Positions 36,001-49,500 of a stretch of DNA of 64,000 bases are shown here, in pieces. The stretch is from Nemertoderma westbladi. Lineage: Eukaryota > Animalia > Xenacoelomorpha. Below the pieces are notes generated by a model. That model was not told the origin of the DNA. It did no database searches and saw only the letters and a list, made by a program, of their open reading frames with translations. Location of the stretch: positions 122,569 through 186,568 of the forward strand of contig JAUCBJ010007725.1 of the NCBI GenBank assembly GCA_032718475.1, read 5' to 3'. How positions within the stretch are numbered: the first letter of the stretch is position 1; the number at the start of each line of letters is the position of its first letter. A program made the translations under genes and the position numbers.

Positions 36001-38494
36001 CCTTAGTTGTACTTAATAAAATATAGTTCGCCTTAGTTGTAATAAATAAAATATAGTTCGCCTTAGTTGTACTAAATAAAATATAGTTCGCCGTAGTTGT
36101 ACTTAATAAAATATAGTTCGCCTTAGTTGTAATAAATAAAATATAGTTCGCCTTAGTTGTAATAAATAAAATATAGTTCGCCTTAGTTGTACTAAATAAA
36201 ATATAGTTCGCCTTAGTTGTAATAAATAAAATAAAGTTCGCCTTAGTTGTACTAAATAAAATATAGTTCGCCTTAGTTGTAATAAATAAAATATAGTTCG
36301 CCTTAGTTGTACTAAATAAAATATAGTTCGCCGTAGTTGTACTTAATAAAATATAGTTCGCCTTAGTTGTACTAAATAAAATATAGTTCGCCGTAGTTGT
36401 ACTTAATAAAATATAGTTCGTCGTAGTTGTACTAAATAAAATATAGTTCGCCTTAGTTTTACTAAATAAAATATAGTTCGCCTTAGTTGTAATAAATAAA
36501 ATATAGTTCGCCTTAGTTGTAATAAATAAAATATAGTTCGCCGTAGTTTTACTAAATAAAATATAGTTCGCCTTAGTTTTACTAAATAAAATATAGTTCG
36601 TCTTAGTTTTACTTAATAAAATATAGTTCGCCTTAGTTGTACTTAATAAAATATAGTTCGCCTTAGTTGTACTAAATAAAATATAGTTCGCCTTAGTTGT
36701 AATAAATAAAATATAGTTCGCCTTAATTGTAATAAATAAAATATAGTTCGCCGTAGTTTTACTAAATAAAATATAGTTCGCCTTAGTTTTACTAAATAAA
36801 ATATAGTTCGTCTTAGTTTTACTAAATAAAATATAGTTCGCCTTAGTTGTACTAAATAAAATATAGTTCGCCTTAGTTGTAATAAATAAAATAAAGTTCG
36901 CCTTAGTTGTACTAAATAAAATATAGTTCGCCTTAGTTGTAATAAATAAAATATAGTTCGCCTTAGTTGTACTAAATAAAATATAGTTCGCCGTAGTTGT
37001 ACTTAATAAAATATAGTTCGCCTTAGTTGTACTAAATAAAATATAGTTCGCCGTAGTTGTACTTAATAAAATATAGTTCGCCTTAGTTGTAATAAATAAA
37101 ATATAGTTCGCCTTAGTTTTACTAAATAAAATATAGTTCGCCTTAGTTGTACTAAATAAAATATAGTTCGCCTTAGTTGTAATAAATAAAATATAGTTCG
37201 CCTTAGTTGTACTAAATAAAATATAGTTCGCCGTAGTTGTACTTAATAAAATATAGTTCGCCTTAGTTGTACTAAATAAAATATAGTTCGCCTTAGTTGT
37301 ATTAAATAAAATATTGTTCTCCTTAGTTGTACTAAATAAAATATAGTTCGTCTTAGTTGTACTAAATAAAATATAGTTCGCCGTAGTTGTACTTAATAAA
37401 ATATAGTTCGTCGTAGTTGTACTAAATAAAATATAGTTCGCCGTAGTTGTACTAAATAAAATATAGTTCGCCTTAGTTTTACTAAATAAAATATAGTTCG
37501 CCTTAGTTGTACTTAATAAAATATAGTTCGCCTTAGTTGTAATAAATAAAATATAGTTCGCCTTAGTTGTAATAAATAAAATATAGTTCGCCTTAGTTTT
37601 ACTAAATAAAATATAGTTCGCCTTAGTTGTACTTAATAAAATATAGTTCGCCTTAGTTGTAATAAATAAAATATAGTTCGCCTTAGTTGTACTAAATAAA
37701 ATATAGTTCGCCGTAGTTGTACTTAATAAAATATAGTTCGCCTTAGTTGTAATAAATAAAATATAGTTCGCCTTAGTTGTAATAAATAAAATATAGTTCG
37801 CCTTAGTTGTACTAAATAAAATATAGTTCGCCTTAGTTGTAATAAATAAAATAAAGTTCGCCTTAGTTGTACTAAATAAAATATAGTTCGCCTTAGTTGT
37901 AATAAATAAAATATAGTTCGCCTTAGTTGTACTAAATAAAATATAGTTCGCCGTAGTTGTACTTAATAAAATATAGTTCGCCTTAGTTGTACTAAATAAA
38001 ATATAGTTCGCCGTAGTTGTACTTAATAAAATATAGTTCGTCGTAGTTGTACTAAATAAAATATAGTTCGCCTTAGTTTTACTAAATAAAATATAGTTCG
38101 CCTTAGTTGTAATAAATAAAATATAGTTCGCCTTAGTTGTAATAAATAAAATATAGTTCGCCGTAGTTTTACTAAATAAAATATAGTTCGCCTTAGTTTT
38201 ACTAAATAAAATATAGTTCGTCTTAGTTTTACTTAATAAAATATAGTTCGCCTTAGTTGTACTTAATAAAATATAGTTCGCCTTAGTTGTACTAAATAAA
38301 ATATAGTTCGCCTTAGTTGTAATAAATAAAATATAGTTCGCCTTAATTGTAATAAATAAAATATAGTTCGCCGTAGTTTTACTAAATATAATATAGTTCG
38401 CCTTAGTTTTACTAAATAAAATATAGTTCGTCTTAGTTTTACTAAATAAAATATAGTTCGCCTTAGTTGTACTAAATAAAATATAGTTCGCCTT
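33036..38494. repeat. 30-bp satellite, segment 3 (~180 units)
   Basis: Same monomer, with 1200-bp and 1620-bp higher-order periodicity. Confidence 0.97.
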
Positions 38495-40401
38495 TATTGG
38501 AAGAGACGGTAACAATACCTGCAATATCCTACTGTAAAGTTTGTAAATCAAATCATAAATCCGACCTTCTCACCAAAACAGTAAACTCTAAGTAAGCGAA
38601 TATATTGCAGTATCGATCTCTTATAACCGGTGAGGCAGAAAACAGTCTACGAGCAGACAAACTTCGATAAAACAAATCCCGCGCAGCGAATCCTAAAATC
38701 AGGCTGACTCACTGACGGACTAAGGGCTCGTATACTTTGCCGCGGTGTGATTTATATGGTTGGGCGAAGAGACGCTAGCTAGGTACAGGCAGAGATTTGG
38801 AGATGTCTAACTAGCGGGCAAAGCACAGTACGGACAAAGTTAATTTTATATATTTCGAGGTGTAAATAATTTCTAACGCGCGTGTTAATTCTGAACGGTC
38901 AAAACAGTTTTTGCTCCTTCACATATATAATTACTGGGTACGGTGTGCATTTACGAATATTCTAATTTTGTAACTTGTAGGTCCAATACTCACGAATGAT
39001 AAGGTTCCTTCCCCTCTTGCGTATTTCCAGGACTCAAATTCAGGCATAAGGTTAATACTACGCCCAGAATTCGGCAATTTTAGGTACCAGGTCCCTGATA
39101 CTAAGAAGAGATGTGTTAGTTTACTACTGTAGGCGTACAGGTACTAATAGCTATCCTGGCTCCTATCTAGAATTTTAGTCACCCAGGTAGTCCGGGTAAC
39201 TTCCTATTAGGGCGTTGGCGGGGACACGGTAGATGTTAGTATATCCCTGATAGCCTCAATTTATTTGCGCCTAGTGTAAACTGCCCTACCGCCTGAACGG
39301 TACAATCCCAATTCAGGTGAAAACACAGCAACCCCCTAACCTACAAGTTCTGATGTAATGGACACTGTCGTACTGCAAATAGTCGCACACACACCTGTAC
39401 TTAGCAAGAGTTAAGCGTACAGTTTGCTGCACCCTAACCAATGTGTATGCCTTGTACCGGTGTGCCTACGTCCTATCTGCGTACTAGTATCTGCCTGCGC
39501 TCTCTCTCCCCCCCCCCCGTAGGAATGTGAAGGTCTACTGTGGGTTTTCCTGAATCAAGACAGTACAGTCCCTATGATGTAATTTTGGGCTTACAGCGTG
39601 TCACTACGTCTACCTTTTGATCTTTTGGTCTTACACTTAGGTAGCAAGGATCGAACGCTGTCTAACCTTTCAGGCGATGGGCGAATAACTCTAGATGGTA
39701 TTGCGGGTCGTCTCTCGTCTACATTCCCGTGATGTTCCCGTTCATTGCTGCGGCCCGATCTCTAGCCGGCCATCCTGTCCCTGAGTTTGTTCACCGTAGT
39801 GAATCCATGGTAAAACAGATAGAAAAGCTGAGAGAATATTCTGACTTTATTACAGAAGATACAATTATAATACAATGTAATCTGAGAATAAACTAAGCAC
39901 GACAGAATATTGACAAGATAATGATATAGGATATTGTATAAGAAGTTTGTGTAAGTGTGATAACTAATGAACGAAATCGCACCTTTATATACTAAATTTG
40001 TGCCGCAATCAATCGAGAAAATTCTCGATTGTTCTATGGGTTCTAACAAGGTTTTAAAGATAGCTATTGGTCCAGCTAATATATAACTTGCACGACATTG
40101 GTTACAATCAAATAACTACAGCCTCATTGGTACAGACAAATGCAATTAATTTGTAGCGGTTAATTTAAATGAGTTGAAATTCTACACAAAAAATAATTCG
40201 CACTTACTAGGATTTGAACTCAATACCTACTACACATATAATTTCCAACGCTCTACCAACTGAGCTACTGAACCACTTGACCGATAGATGTACAAATGAT
40301 AGAACCAATACGAATGAGAACTCAAGGCAATCTTTACAAAGTTAATTCGAATAAAAATAAAATTTTGAAAATCCACGGCATTTAGGGAATATAATTCTAT
40401 A
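38495..40401 (-). repeat. 3' LTR of BEL copy 2 (1907 bp)
   Basis: Near-identical to 51902-53810, differing in poly-C length and a few substitutions. Sense-strand termini TATAG...CCAATA. Confidence 0.95.
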
Positions 40402-41202
40402 CCGCTCCATGAAAACAGGATATTATCGTGCATAAAATATACGGTTTTCACCAATAATCAATTAAACTATAGAATACTTAGGGCGTACTTACATATTTAC
40501 AATTAAATTTCAAACAATACTTCCTTTCTACGTAATGATTCGATACAAAATAATTACAAATTCAAACTTTACGTATTTAAGGCTTTACTAAGTAAGTACA
40601 ATATAAATCTAAATTAAATTCACCAATATAAATCTATTGCATCTCAATATTGCATAAATTCAAACAATTACAAATATATTGCATCTCAAATATTGCATAA
40701 ATTCAAGTAATTACAAATACTTTCGTACCTAAATGTAGATTGCATAAGTTCGGAATAATTACAAATATGAGTCTTTCTAAGCACAAAACTTTTTGACTAT
40801 AAAACTTTCTAAATACAAAATATAACACTTTACAAATGAAACTATAAGAAAGGCCCACGAGTCTTCTATCTACTCTTACTTTCTATTTCACTGTAAATAC
40901 AAATACTGCTTATAAAATATAAATTGCATAATATTCGGAACAATATAAATTGCATAAGTTCGGAATAATCACAAATATAAAATATAAATTCTTACAACTA
41001 TAAGTTTTACTAAATATAAGTTTTACTAAATATGAGTTCTTATTTCTAAATTTCATAAATTCGGAACAATACAAATTGCATAAGTTCGGAATAATATAAA
41101 TTGCATAAGTTCGGAATAAACACAAATATAAATATAAATTCAAATAAATCACAAAATCATAAGAAAGGCTCACGAGTCTTCCGTCCACCCTTGCCCTCCC
41201 TT

Positions 41203-42717
41203 TTATCGCTTAGTGGATCGAGCCCTGCCGCGTCCTCGAAAACTGCGCACAGGTGACTTTGCTCGCGATATGGGACTCGTGGGGCGAGTCACTGGTTCAC
41301 TTGGGACGTTGAGAGACGGTGCGACTATTTCCTCGCAAATTCGTCTATTTGGCATCCCAAAACCTCGACCGATTCCTCGTGACCGATCAGTCGTCACTAC
41401 AGTTGGTAGAACGTCTGGGAACGCGCGAGAAGTGGACGACGCAGACCCAAGAGTAGCTTGCGCCCCCTGTTGATCAGCTGGTGTATGTCCCGATCCTCCT
41501 ACTGGTTCTCTTGGAAGTGATACCGTATCCCGAGTAACTCGAATAGTCGGCTCAACTCCCTTGCGTTCTTCTACATTAATAATTTTCTTTAATTGTTGGC
41601 CCACCTTCTGGACCCGTATGATCCTACCCTGCCCGTCCTCCCGAGGGTGACGTGCAGACGGCGCAACCGGAGTGGCTGGTATATTCGTCGCCTCTAGGAC
41701 CTCTTCTTCCTCGAATACGCTCGCTCGTATACGTTTGTGGTAAAACGCGGCTCGGTACGCCCATGCGACGGTTAACCAAGCTCCCTTGTTCCGCTTTTCA
41801 GTTCGGAAACGATCGAATTCACCATACGTAATCCGATTAACGACTTTCTGAAAATTCCACGTGTTTTTGTTATCCGGGTGAATTTGTAACAGATACTCGC
41901 GCACCACTCGGAATCCGCTGTCGTGGGGCAAAATATCGACAACCTCGATAAGTTCGTCATATTGGGGCATAGCGGAGATATATCCTTCCGACATCATCGT
42001 CTGGGGATTTACCGCCCAAAATCCGAGATGCGCTCTCATCGGAAACCGTCTTCTCTGTGCCGATACATGTTCGTCGGCTAAATCTTCCCACTCATCAAAT
42101 AATTTCCTCACGAGTTTTACAGATTCGTGTTCATAAGGTATGTCCCTTAGTTGGCATTCAGATGCTCGATGTCCCTTTATATTGCAATAAGTACATTGGG
42201 CCATAAATCTCCAGCAAGTATAAAAGGTATGAGACCCTTGATCCCCACACCATCCACAGATTAGCTGAGTCGTAGTAATGTGCTTTCCACTGCACTTTGC
42301 CATATGATGTCCAGCGACGCCACATTTACTACACATCGTATTAGCAGGGTACCACACTCGTTCGTATATAAGATCTCCAATCGGTCGAGCGCTTCCTCCC
42401 ATACTATAATCGTAATCATCTGGGTCTATGGGTTGGTAGGTTTCTGAAGGTTGTATACAAACTATAGCATCTGTTGCTTCAAGTTGTCGAATCTCCGTCT
42501 GAGATTTCTTCGGGAGGTTCCTTTCTATCTCAAGAAGTTCCTCTAAAGGATCGTCGGCGATCGTAGTAGTTACTTCGAATTCATCACCAAGGTGACCGAT
42601 AGGCGCGCGCGTCTGCCGTGATTCATCCATAATCTCCACGATACGTTCTCCTTCATAGGGTAACAATGTAAACATAGATGGTCTTTCGATAAGAGATCCC
42701 GCACAGCGAAGATACAC
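41203..42717 (-). CDS. Extra 3' ORF of BEL copy 2: ~500-aa protein with three CCHC zinc knuckles and a basic R/G tail
   Basis: CSKCGVAGHHMAKC (CX2CX4HX4C), CGWCGDQGSHTFYTC and CTYCNIKGHRASEC. Uninterrupted 504 codons. Most visible differences from copy 1 leave the protein unchanged. True start uncertain. Confidence 0.8.
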   Translation of the reverse strand: MYLRCAGSLIERPSMFTLLPYEGERIVEIMDESRQTRAPIGHLGDEFEVTTTIADDPLEELLEIERNLPKKSQTEIRQLEATDAIVCIQPSETYQPIDPDDYDYSMGGSARPIGDLIYERVWYPANTMCSKCGVAGHHMAKCSGKHITTTQLICGWCGDQGSHTFYTCWRFMAQCTYCNIKGHRASECQLRDIPYEHESVKLVRKLFDEWEDLADEHVSAQRRRFPMRAHLGFWAVNPQTMMSEGYISAMPQYDELIEVVDILPHDSGFRVVREYLLQIHPDNKNTWNFQKVVNRITYGEFDRFRTEKRNKGAWLTVAWAYRAAFYHKRIRASVFEEEEVLEATNIPATPVAPSARHPREDGQGRIIRVQKVGQQLKKIINVEERKGVEPTIRVTRDTVSLPREPVGGSGHTPADQQGAQATLGSASSTSRAFPDVLPTVVTTDRSRGIGRGFGMPNRRICEEIVAPSLNVPSEPVTRPTSPISRAKSPVRSFRGRGRARSTKR

Positions 42718-43565
42718 GTCTCGAAATATGCTAAATCCTGCTCGAGTAAAGGCATTGCTGTCTTTGCGAGCTTCGCTGTACTTTCTGATAATTCCTTTAT
42801 ACCAAATATAGTGTAGTCTTTTGCTCCAAATCGTTCGAATGAAGCTGCCGCTTCCTCTTGGATATCATATCCCCATCTCGGCTCTCCTTGTATCCCTTTC
42901 TCCATAATTAGAGGTGTAGTTACATAATCATTACTACTAGAGGGAATACAACAGAGTTTGTGGTTAGTTGTGAGGAGACGTGAGAGTTTCGTCTGCCTTT
43001 TGGGCTTCGACAACGCTCTAACCTCCTACCCATAGCCTAAGATCTAGGGTTTCTTTAATGACACGCTGCTTCTTATCTAAAATTTTTTGCCGAAGTAAAA
43101 ACGAATTTGGGCTAAACTGGCCGTGAGTCTAAAATACTCACTTTTTGATCCCAAACTATTATCAGAAAATAAGCAGTCAAGAATTAGTAATAAATATAGG
43201 GGAGTCTATTTGACGTAACTTATTGAAACAAGACCGTGTAAAATTTAATTAAAATTTTAAGAAAGGCTCGCAAGTCTTCCTCTCTTGTTTCTCTAATTTT
43301 AAGTTCCACCCGACTGTACCCTGAAATCTATTCACTGGAGAAAATTTTTAAAAATTTTTCAAATCCAAATGGATTGTCTAAAATTTCGAAAATGTCTCAA
43401 TATTGTGAGTTCCAAGTAGAATTCCATTTCTTATACCTACAAATCCCGCTCCTATGTGACACATAAGGGTACTACCCTCAATGTTCACATATAAAGACAA
43501 TGGAATTCTACCGCTGTCCTTACTACGGTGTACAGGTACGTGGAAATCTATTTTTAAACTCCTAA

Positions 43566-46500
43566 TTATTTACTAGTATTAGGTGGAGATTTGTAGTCTC
43601 CAGACTTGTTACGAGTCTCTTCAAGAAGTACGAGACGTTGAGTCGGTCTGTCTACTGTACGACCGTCAATTGTCCGTACCGTCACAGTTCTTGTCACTCC
43701 ATCCATAGATGGATGTGTGGCTAAAATTACACCTGTTATCCAGAAGCGTCTTTTTAGATTCACTTCTGCCAACAGCACGTGATCTCCCGGCTTTAATGCG
43801 CGGGTGTTATTGTACCAAGTTGTTCTGGCAGAAATAGAGGGCAAATAATGGTTTTGCCATATTTCCCAGAATTTGTTAGCCAGTAGTTGCGTGATTTTCC
43901 ACGCTTTTCTACCATAGCTGTCGCTTTCTGTTGGAATTGAAATCGGTGTCAAAGTCGTCGGTGCCTGCATTAGCAGGTGTGCCGGTGTCAAAGCAAACTG
44001 AGATTGTTTGTCATCGGGTACTAATACTATTGGTCTAGTATTTAGTATTGCCTCGATTTCAACAAACAATGTTGTCAGTTGGTCGTCTGTTAATATGTGG
44101 TTTACTGGAATGACCTTTGCCATTGCTGTCTTTATAGATCTAATCAGTATCTCCCAGACTCCGCCTCTCCAAGGACTATCTGGAGGATTAAACTTCCAAA
44201 CAATCTTGTGAGGTTGTAGTTCGTTCGAGATTTGATCATGATCTAATTTCTTAAAGGCTCTAGCAATCTCATTCCGAGCACCAACAAAGTTTGTCCCTTG
44301 GTCTGAGTACAAGCATTTTACTAGTCCGCGTCTAGCGATAAATCGCCGCAGTGCTAGTATAAACGCGTTGGTGGAAAGATCCATCACACGTTCAATATGA
44401 ACTGCCCTACTGGACATACATGTGAAAATCAGTCCCCAGCGTTTTACTAGTATACGTCCACGTTTCGTATGTATGGGACCAAAGCAATCAATTCCAGTCT
44501 CTGTAAAAGGTGGTCTGAATGCTTGTAGTCGTGCTTGTGGTAGTTCACTTATTTCTTGGGTACCTATTCTAGAATGTACCTTTTTACAAATAATACACGT
44601 ACGTGTCACTGAACTTAATGCTTTACTGGGTCTAATTAATACAAATCTAGTACGTAAGTAGGAAAGACAGTGGTGTCTTCCAGCGTGTTTCAGATGTAAA
44701 TGTGCGTCCAGTATCATTGCACGTTGTAGTTCGTGATGTTGCGGTATTATTATTGGGTACCTAAAGTTTGTGTTAAAGTCAATGTTTTGAAGCCGAGATT
44801 TATGACAAATTAAGCCATTATAAATTATCGGACTCCAACTCAGTATTGGTGACGACTTGATTGGTTGACCTTGATTTATGGATGTGAATTCGCGCGCGAA
44901 ATATCGCAGTTGATAATGGCGAATTAATTTAATCTCACACCTGTCAATCTCAGCCAATGTAAGTCGACGTGTAAAGTCACGTTTGCCTTTAACGTATTGT
45001 ACGAAACGTACAATCCACGCTAACTTTCGGCAAGCGTTTGACCAAGAATCTGTTAGGTTTACAATACGGTCGACATGAGTATTTGTGACGTCATCAGGTA
45101 AGTCAATGGAGATTTTGGAAGGTTTTGAATTACTAGAAGGGCCCACGGGTCCGCCGGTAAGTATTCCCTTGTTGACTGTTGATCCGTCCGGGTCTACAAG
45201 TAATTTGTCCTTCTTTGTCTTCTTACCTTGATTGTCGGTACTTTGTAAGTCGATCGTTAATGGTGGTTTGAACTCTATGGGATCAGTGGGTTTCGGTAAA
45301 CTGATTTTCCTGCCGACATTAATCCCAGGTTTCACCATAGGTTGCAAGTTCGGTATGTCTCTTGAGCGCAAAGTAACACCTGTATTTACATTAGCGTAGG
45401 TACTACCCACATCTGTAATACATGAGGTTTCACCGTGCTTATGGTTGCTCAAGTGTGTCAAAATTGGTAGTTTGTCAATACAAGGCCGCTCCAATAGGGA
45501 AACTGCGGCTTTATTGTTAGTTGATACATTACTAATGTCCGGTAGAACATTTTGTGATGTTTCTGACAAAATGTCTAGTCGACTGTCTAGTAATGTGTCT
45601 GGCGATACGTCTAGTAACGTATCTGGTTGTTTGTCAATAGAAGGCCGCTCCAATAGGGAAACTGCGGCTTTACTGTTTGTCAGTACGTTACTAGTGTCTA
45701 GTAGAATGTCTGGTTGACCGTCTGGTAACGTGTCTGGTTGACCGTCTGGCGATATGTCTGGTGTAGAAAGGCTCGCAAGTCTTCCTCTCTTGACCTTTGA
45801 AGTTATATCTTTCCATTTCGCCTTCGGTTTTTTCTTGAGTTTTGCCGCCGTCGTCCTTTTCTTTGTCTTCCCCTTTTTTGGTTTCTTGATTTCGGCGTCC
45901 TTTGGAATGGTGTTAGACTTGTTGTCGTATAACGGAGGCCAATCTTGTGTCGATTTCTGCAAGAACTGGGGTCCGTGTTGCCAAAATTCTTTGTTCTCCG
46001 GTTTACAGAATTCCTCAGGCATCATTCCTCGCGACGCAATATCAGCTGGGTTTTGTGGTCCGGGACAATGTCGCCAATCCTCTTTTATTGAACGGTCTAG
46101 AATTTCCGCGCGACGGTTAGCAACGAATGTCTTGAATTCGAGTGTGTCGTTGTTTATGTAAAATAAAACCAACGTCGCGTCAGTCCAATAAAATATCTGT
46201 AAACTCGACTGTAGTTCTGTCTGTATGAGGTTCACGATGGTGGTTGACAGGGTTGCGGCTTGTAGCTCGGCTCGTGGTGTCGTCATATACTTAGTAGGCA
46301 TGGTCTTAGCCTTAGAAGTAATGAGCGAAACATCGAACTCGTCTGATTCTACTTGTCTGCGCAAGTACGCTGCCACACCAAAACCGTTGTCACTGGCGTC
46401 AGAAAAACAGTGTAGTTCCAAGTTGTCAGGAAATGTACTTTGTAACGGAAAGTAAACCCTGGGTATGAAATAATCCTCTAGCGAAGATAATTCCGCCTCC

Positions 46501-49500
46501 CAGGTCTTCCATAAGTCCACTTGGTCTGATGAGATCGGCTCGTCCCATGTTAGTCCATCCTTCCATATACTGCGCATAAAAATGCGGGCTTGCAGTATCA
46601 CTGGACTGATGAATCCTAACGGATCGAACAATCGGCTCAATTTTGACAAGCATGATCTCTTCGTCAGTGTGTTCCCTTGACTGTCCAGTCTCACCTTCAC
46701 TCGAAAGTTGTCTGTGTTTGGGTCCCAAAAGAGCCCCAACACCTTAGTCGTCGGTAGTGGTTCGAACTCTAGGTCTATGTCACCACCTCCACGCTCAGTA
46801 GTTCCGAATGAGTCTACTAATTCGGCACTGTTTGAGGCGAATTTGGTGAGGTTAAAACCTCCGCCCGCCAAGCAGTCCCGTAATTGATGTGCTACTGTTG
46901 TAGCACGTTCTACTGTGTCGCAACTCTGTAATCCGTCATCAACGTAAAAGTCACGCTCCACAATTCTAATTATCTCTGGGTCATATAGATGTTTCTGATC
47001 CCTAGCGGCCTGCTTTAGGGCGTACATCGTACAGTTTGGGCTGTCTCTGGCACCGAAAACGCGAACTTGCATTTGGTAAGTCGCCGGTGGTAGACTTAAA
47101 TCTCCTTCCGGGTACCAGAGGAACCGCAAACTGTCTCTGTCTCGCTCTAACGCTTTTACTTGGTGAAACATCGCTTCAACGTCGCAAGTAAAGGCTACTT
47201 GACGCTGACGGAAGCGCATAATCACCCCCATAAGATAATTATTCATGTTCGGTCCATCCATCAACTCACTATTGAGGGACATTCCCTCAAACAGAGCCGC
47301 ACAGTCATTGACTACACGTACTTAGTCTGGTTTGTCGGGGTGTCTCACGTAGTGATGTGGCAAGTAATACGTTTGGTCGGTCACTCGCTCCGGGTTAGTC
47401 ATTCGGATAGCGTATCCCTTTGTCAAATATGTCTCCATCTGAGTGTTATACTGCAGATGGGCTTTCTCGTCTTTTAATAGACGTTGTCGGATTGAGTGTA
47501 GACGTCTTAAAGCCAGTGGATAGTTGTTTATAAGTTTAGGACTTTGGCTACGCCATAACATCCCTACCTCATAATGTCCGTCTTTCGTCTGGCGGATAGT
47601 ATCTTCCATGATCTTCAGAGATTGTTTCTCCTGTTCCGACATACAAGGTTCGTAGCTACCAGGTTCAGCTGTATCTTGTTCTAACCACCTGATAGTCTTC
47701 TCCGTTAATTCTTTGTCCAATGCGGCTTGTTCCAACTGATGATTTCTCAACGCGTCATCATCGATATCGACGGGCACTGTTGAGGTTATTGGGGTAGGTA
47801 GACTCGCAAGCCTATCATCTGTCGTCGATGGAATCTCTAGCTGACTCGTCTTCTCCCCAAGTTCTAAACTCACCTGGTGAATTAGCTGCTCCTTGTGACT
47901 TATCATACTAGTTACACGTCTGTCATGTTTTGTCGACTGTAGTGTAGTATGGTTCACGTCGTGTGAAAAGGAATGGATTGAATTTGTAGTTAATAAACTA
48001 CATGTACTCTGTACGTCGTCTTCCTCGGCACTTACGTCTAGTGTGCGCACAGGCGCTCGAGTATACCACCCTATCGGCGTTCTGCATGCGTATGCGTTTT
48101 CCGCTGGTTTCCCACACCTGATGTAGGTTGAATTGGTCCGTCCCGATCAGCATTGCTACCGATCTATAATTGACAGGACATTCGGGTACACCAAGGTGTC
48201 TGAAATACTTACGGTCCTCTAGAGATTGTTCCGGCACTGGACCTAGTAGGTTACTAAAGTCCTTCGTAGCCGCAAAGGTTAGATCTTTAAAGGGCAACAA
48301 AGACCTCTCCCTCTCGCTGTGTTGCGATTTCGGAAGAAGAGAGTCTAAGTCCAACTTAACTCGTGTCACTGGTATTGCACGCTGTCCGTGCATACTACTT
48401 ACTGTATAACTGACACGCTTACCTTGTTTAAGATCCGTCACGACGTCAGCTATCTTTTCGTCCACGTAGCTATGAGATGAGGCCGAATCTAGAATCGCAT
48501 AGATCCTCTTGCTCCCCTTTGTGCCAGTAACCTTAATCGGGATTACACTGAATCCCTTCAGTTGATCAGTAGTCAGGAGCGCGATCGACGGTTGTTCGTC
48601 TCCATTGGAATATTCGTCGTCGTCTTCTGATTCTTCGTCCGACGATCCGGATTGTTCTGAGAAGCAATCCTCAATATGTGTCACGAAGGTCGGAGTCGTT
48701 TTCGATTCTCGTTTTCGGTAGGCCGCATCACATCTCGCTGCTGCTTCCGGGTGTTCCCTGGCGAAGCGTTTCGTCGGCGTGTGGCTGTCTGTGTGGAGCA
48801 GACCGTCATGGTTGCGTCCACAGGATGGACAAGTGTCGGTATTTGGGCAATCTTTACGGACGTGTCCGTGTCGCGTACACCGCCAACAAGAGTCCAGTGG
48901 CCGTATCTGCAGCCGTCGTTCTTCCGAGTTCAACTCGCGAAATTGTCGACAACCTCGTAACTTGTGACCAATATACCGCTTACCTAGATGCTCGCAGTAT
49001 TGGCAGCCGTTGAAGTCGGTGCTGAGTTGCTGTCTCGTCTGTTTCGTCCCAATGGGCGCAGATACTCTATTACCGTCTGAGAATTGTCGTGATTCCGTCG
49101 GTGTGGTGTAAGTGGCCGTCTTAGTGGATGTTGTCTGGGGTTTTTGTCGGTTGGAGGATGGCAATGTGATCCCTTCTGCCACGATGTGCTGGTCGGTGTA
49201 GTTAGATCGAGTTTCTACTACCGCCTCCCTGGATATTAAAAGGTACACATCTTCTAATTTTAAGAATCCTCCCCGCTCCTCTCGCTGGTATTCGACCTTT
49301 CTCCACTCCCGACGAAGTCGATGGTGGAGTCGTCCTATGATCTTTAATAGGACTGTAGGGGTATTCCCGTAATCAAGTTGTCCAATTGATCTTAAGGTAG
49401 TGATAGCGTTCTTGATCTCGTCAGCTAGTTTTAGTAAGTCGACGGGTTTAGTGATAGCCCCTCCCTTACAGAGTTCCTCTATTACTGACCTGGCCATGCT

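Noticed and set aside
41203-42717. env gene
   Set aside because: No signal peptide or hydrophobic transmembrane segment is visible; it carries zinc knuckles instead.
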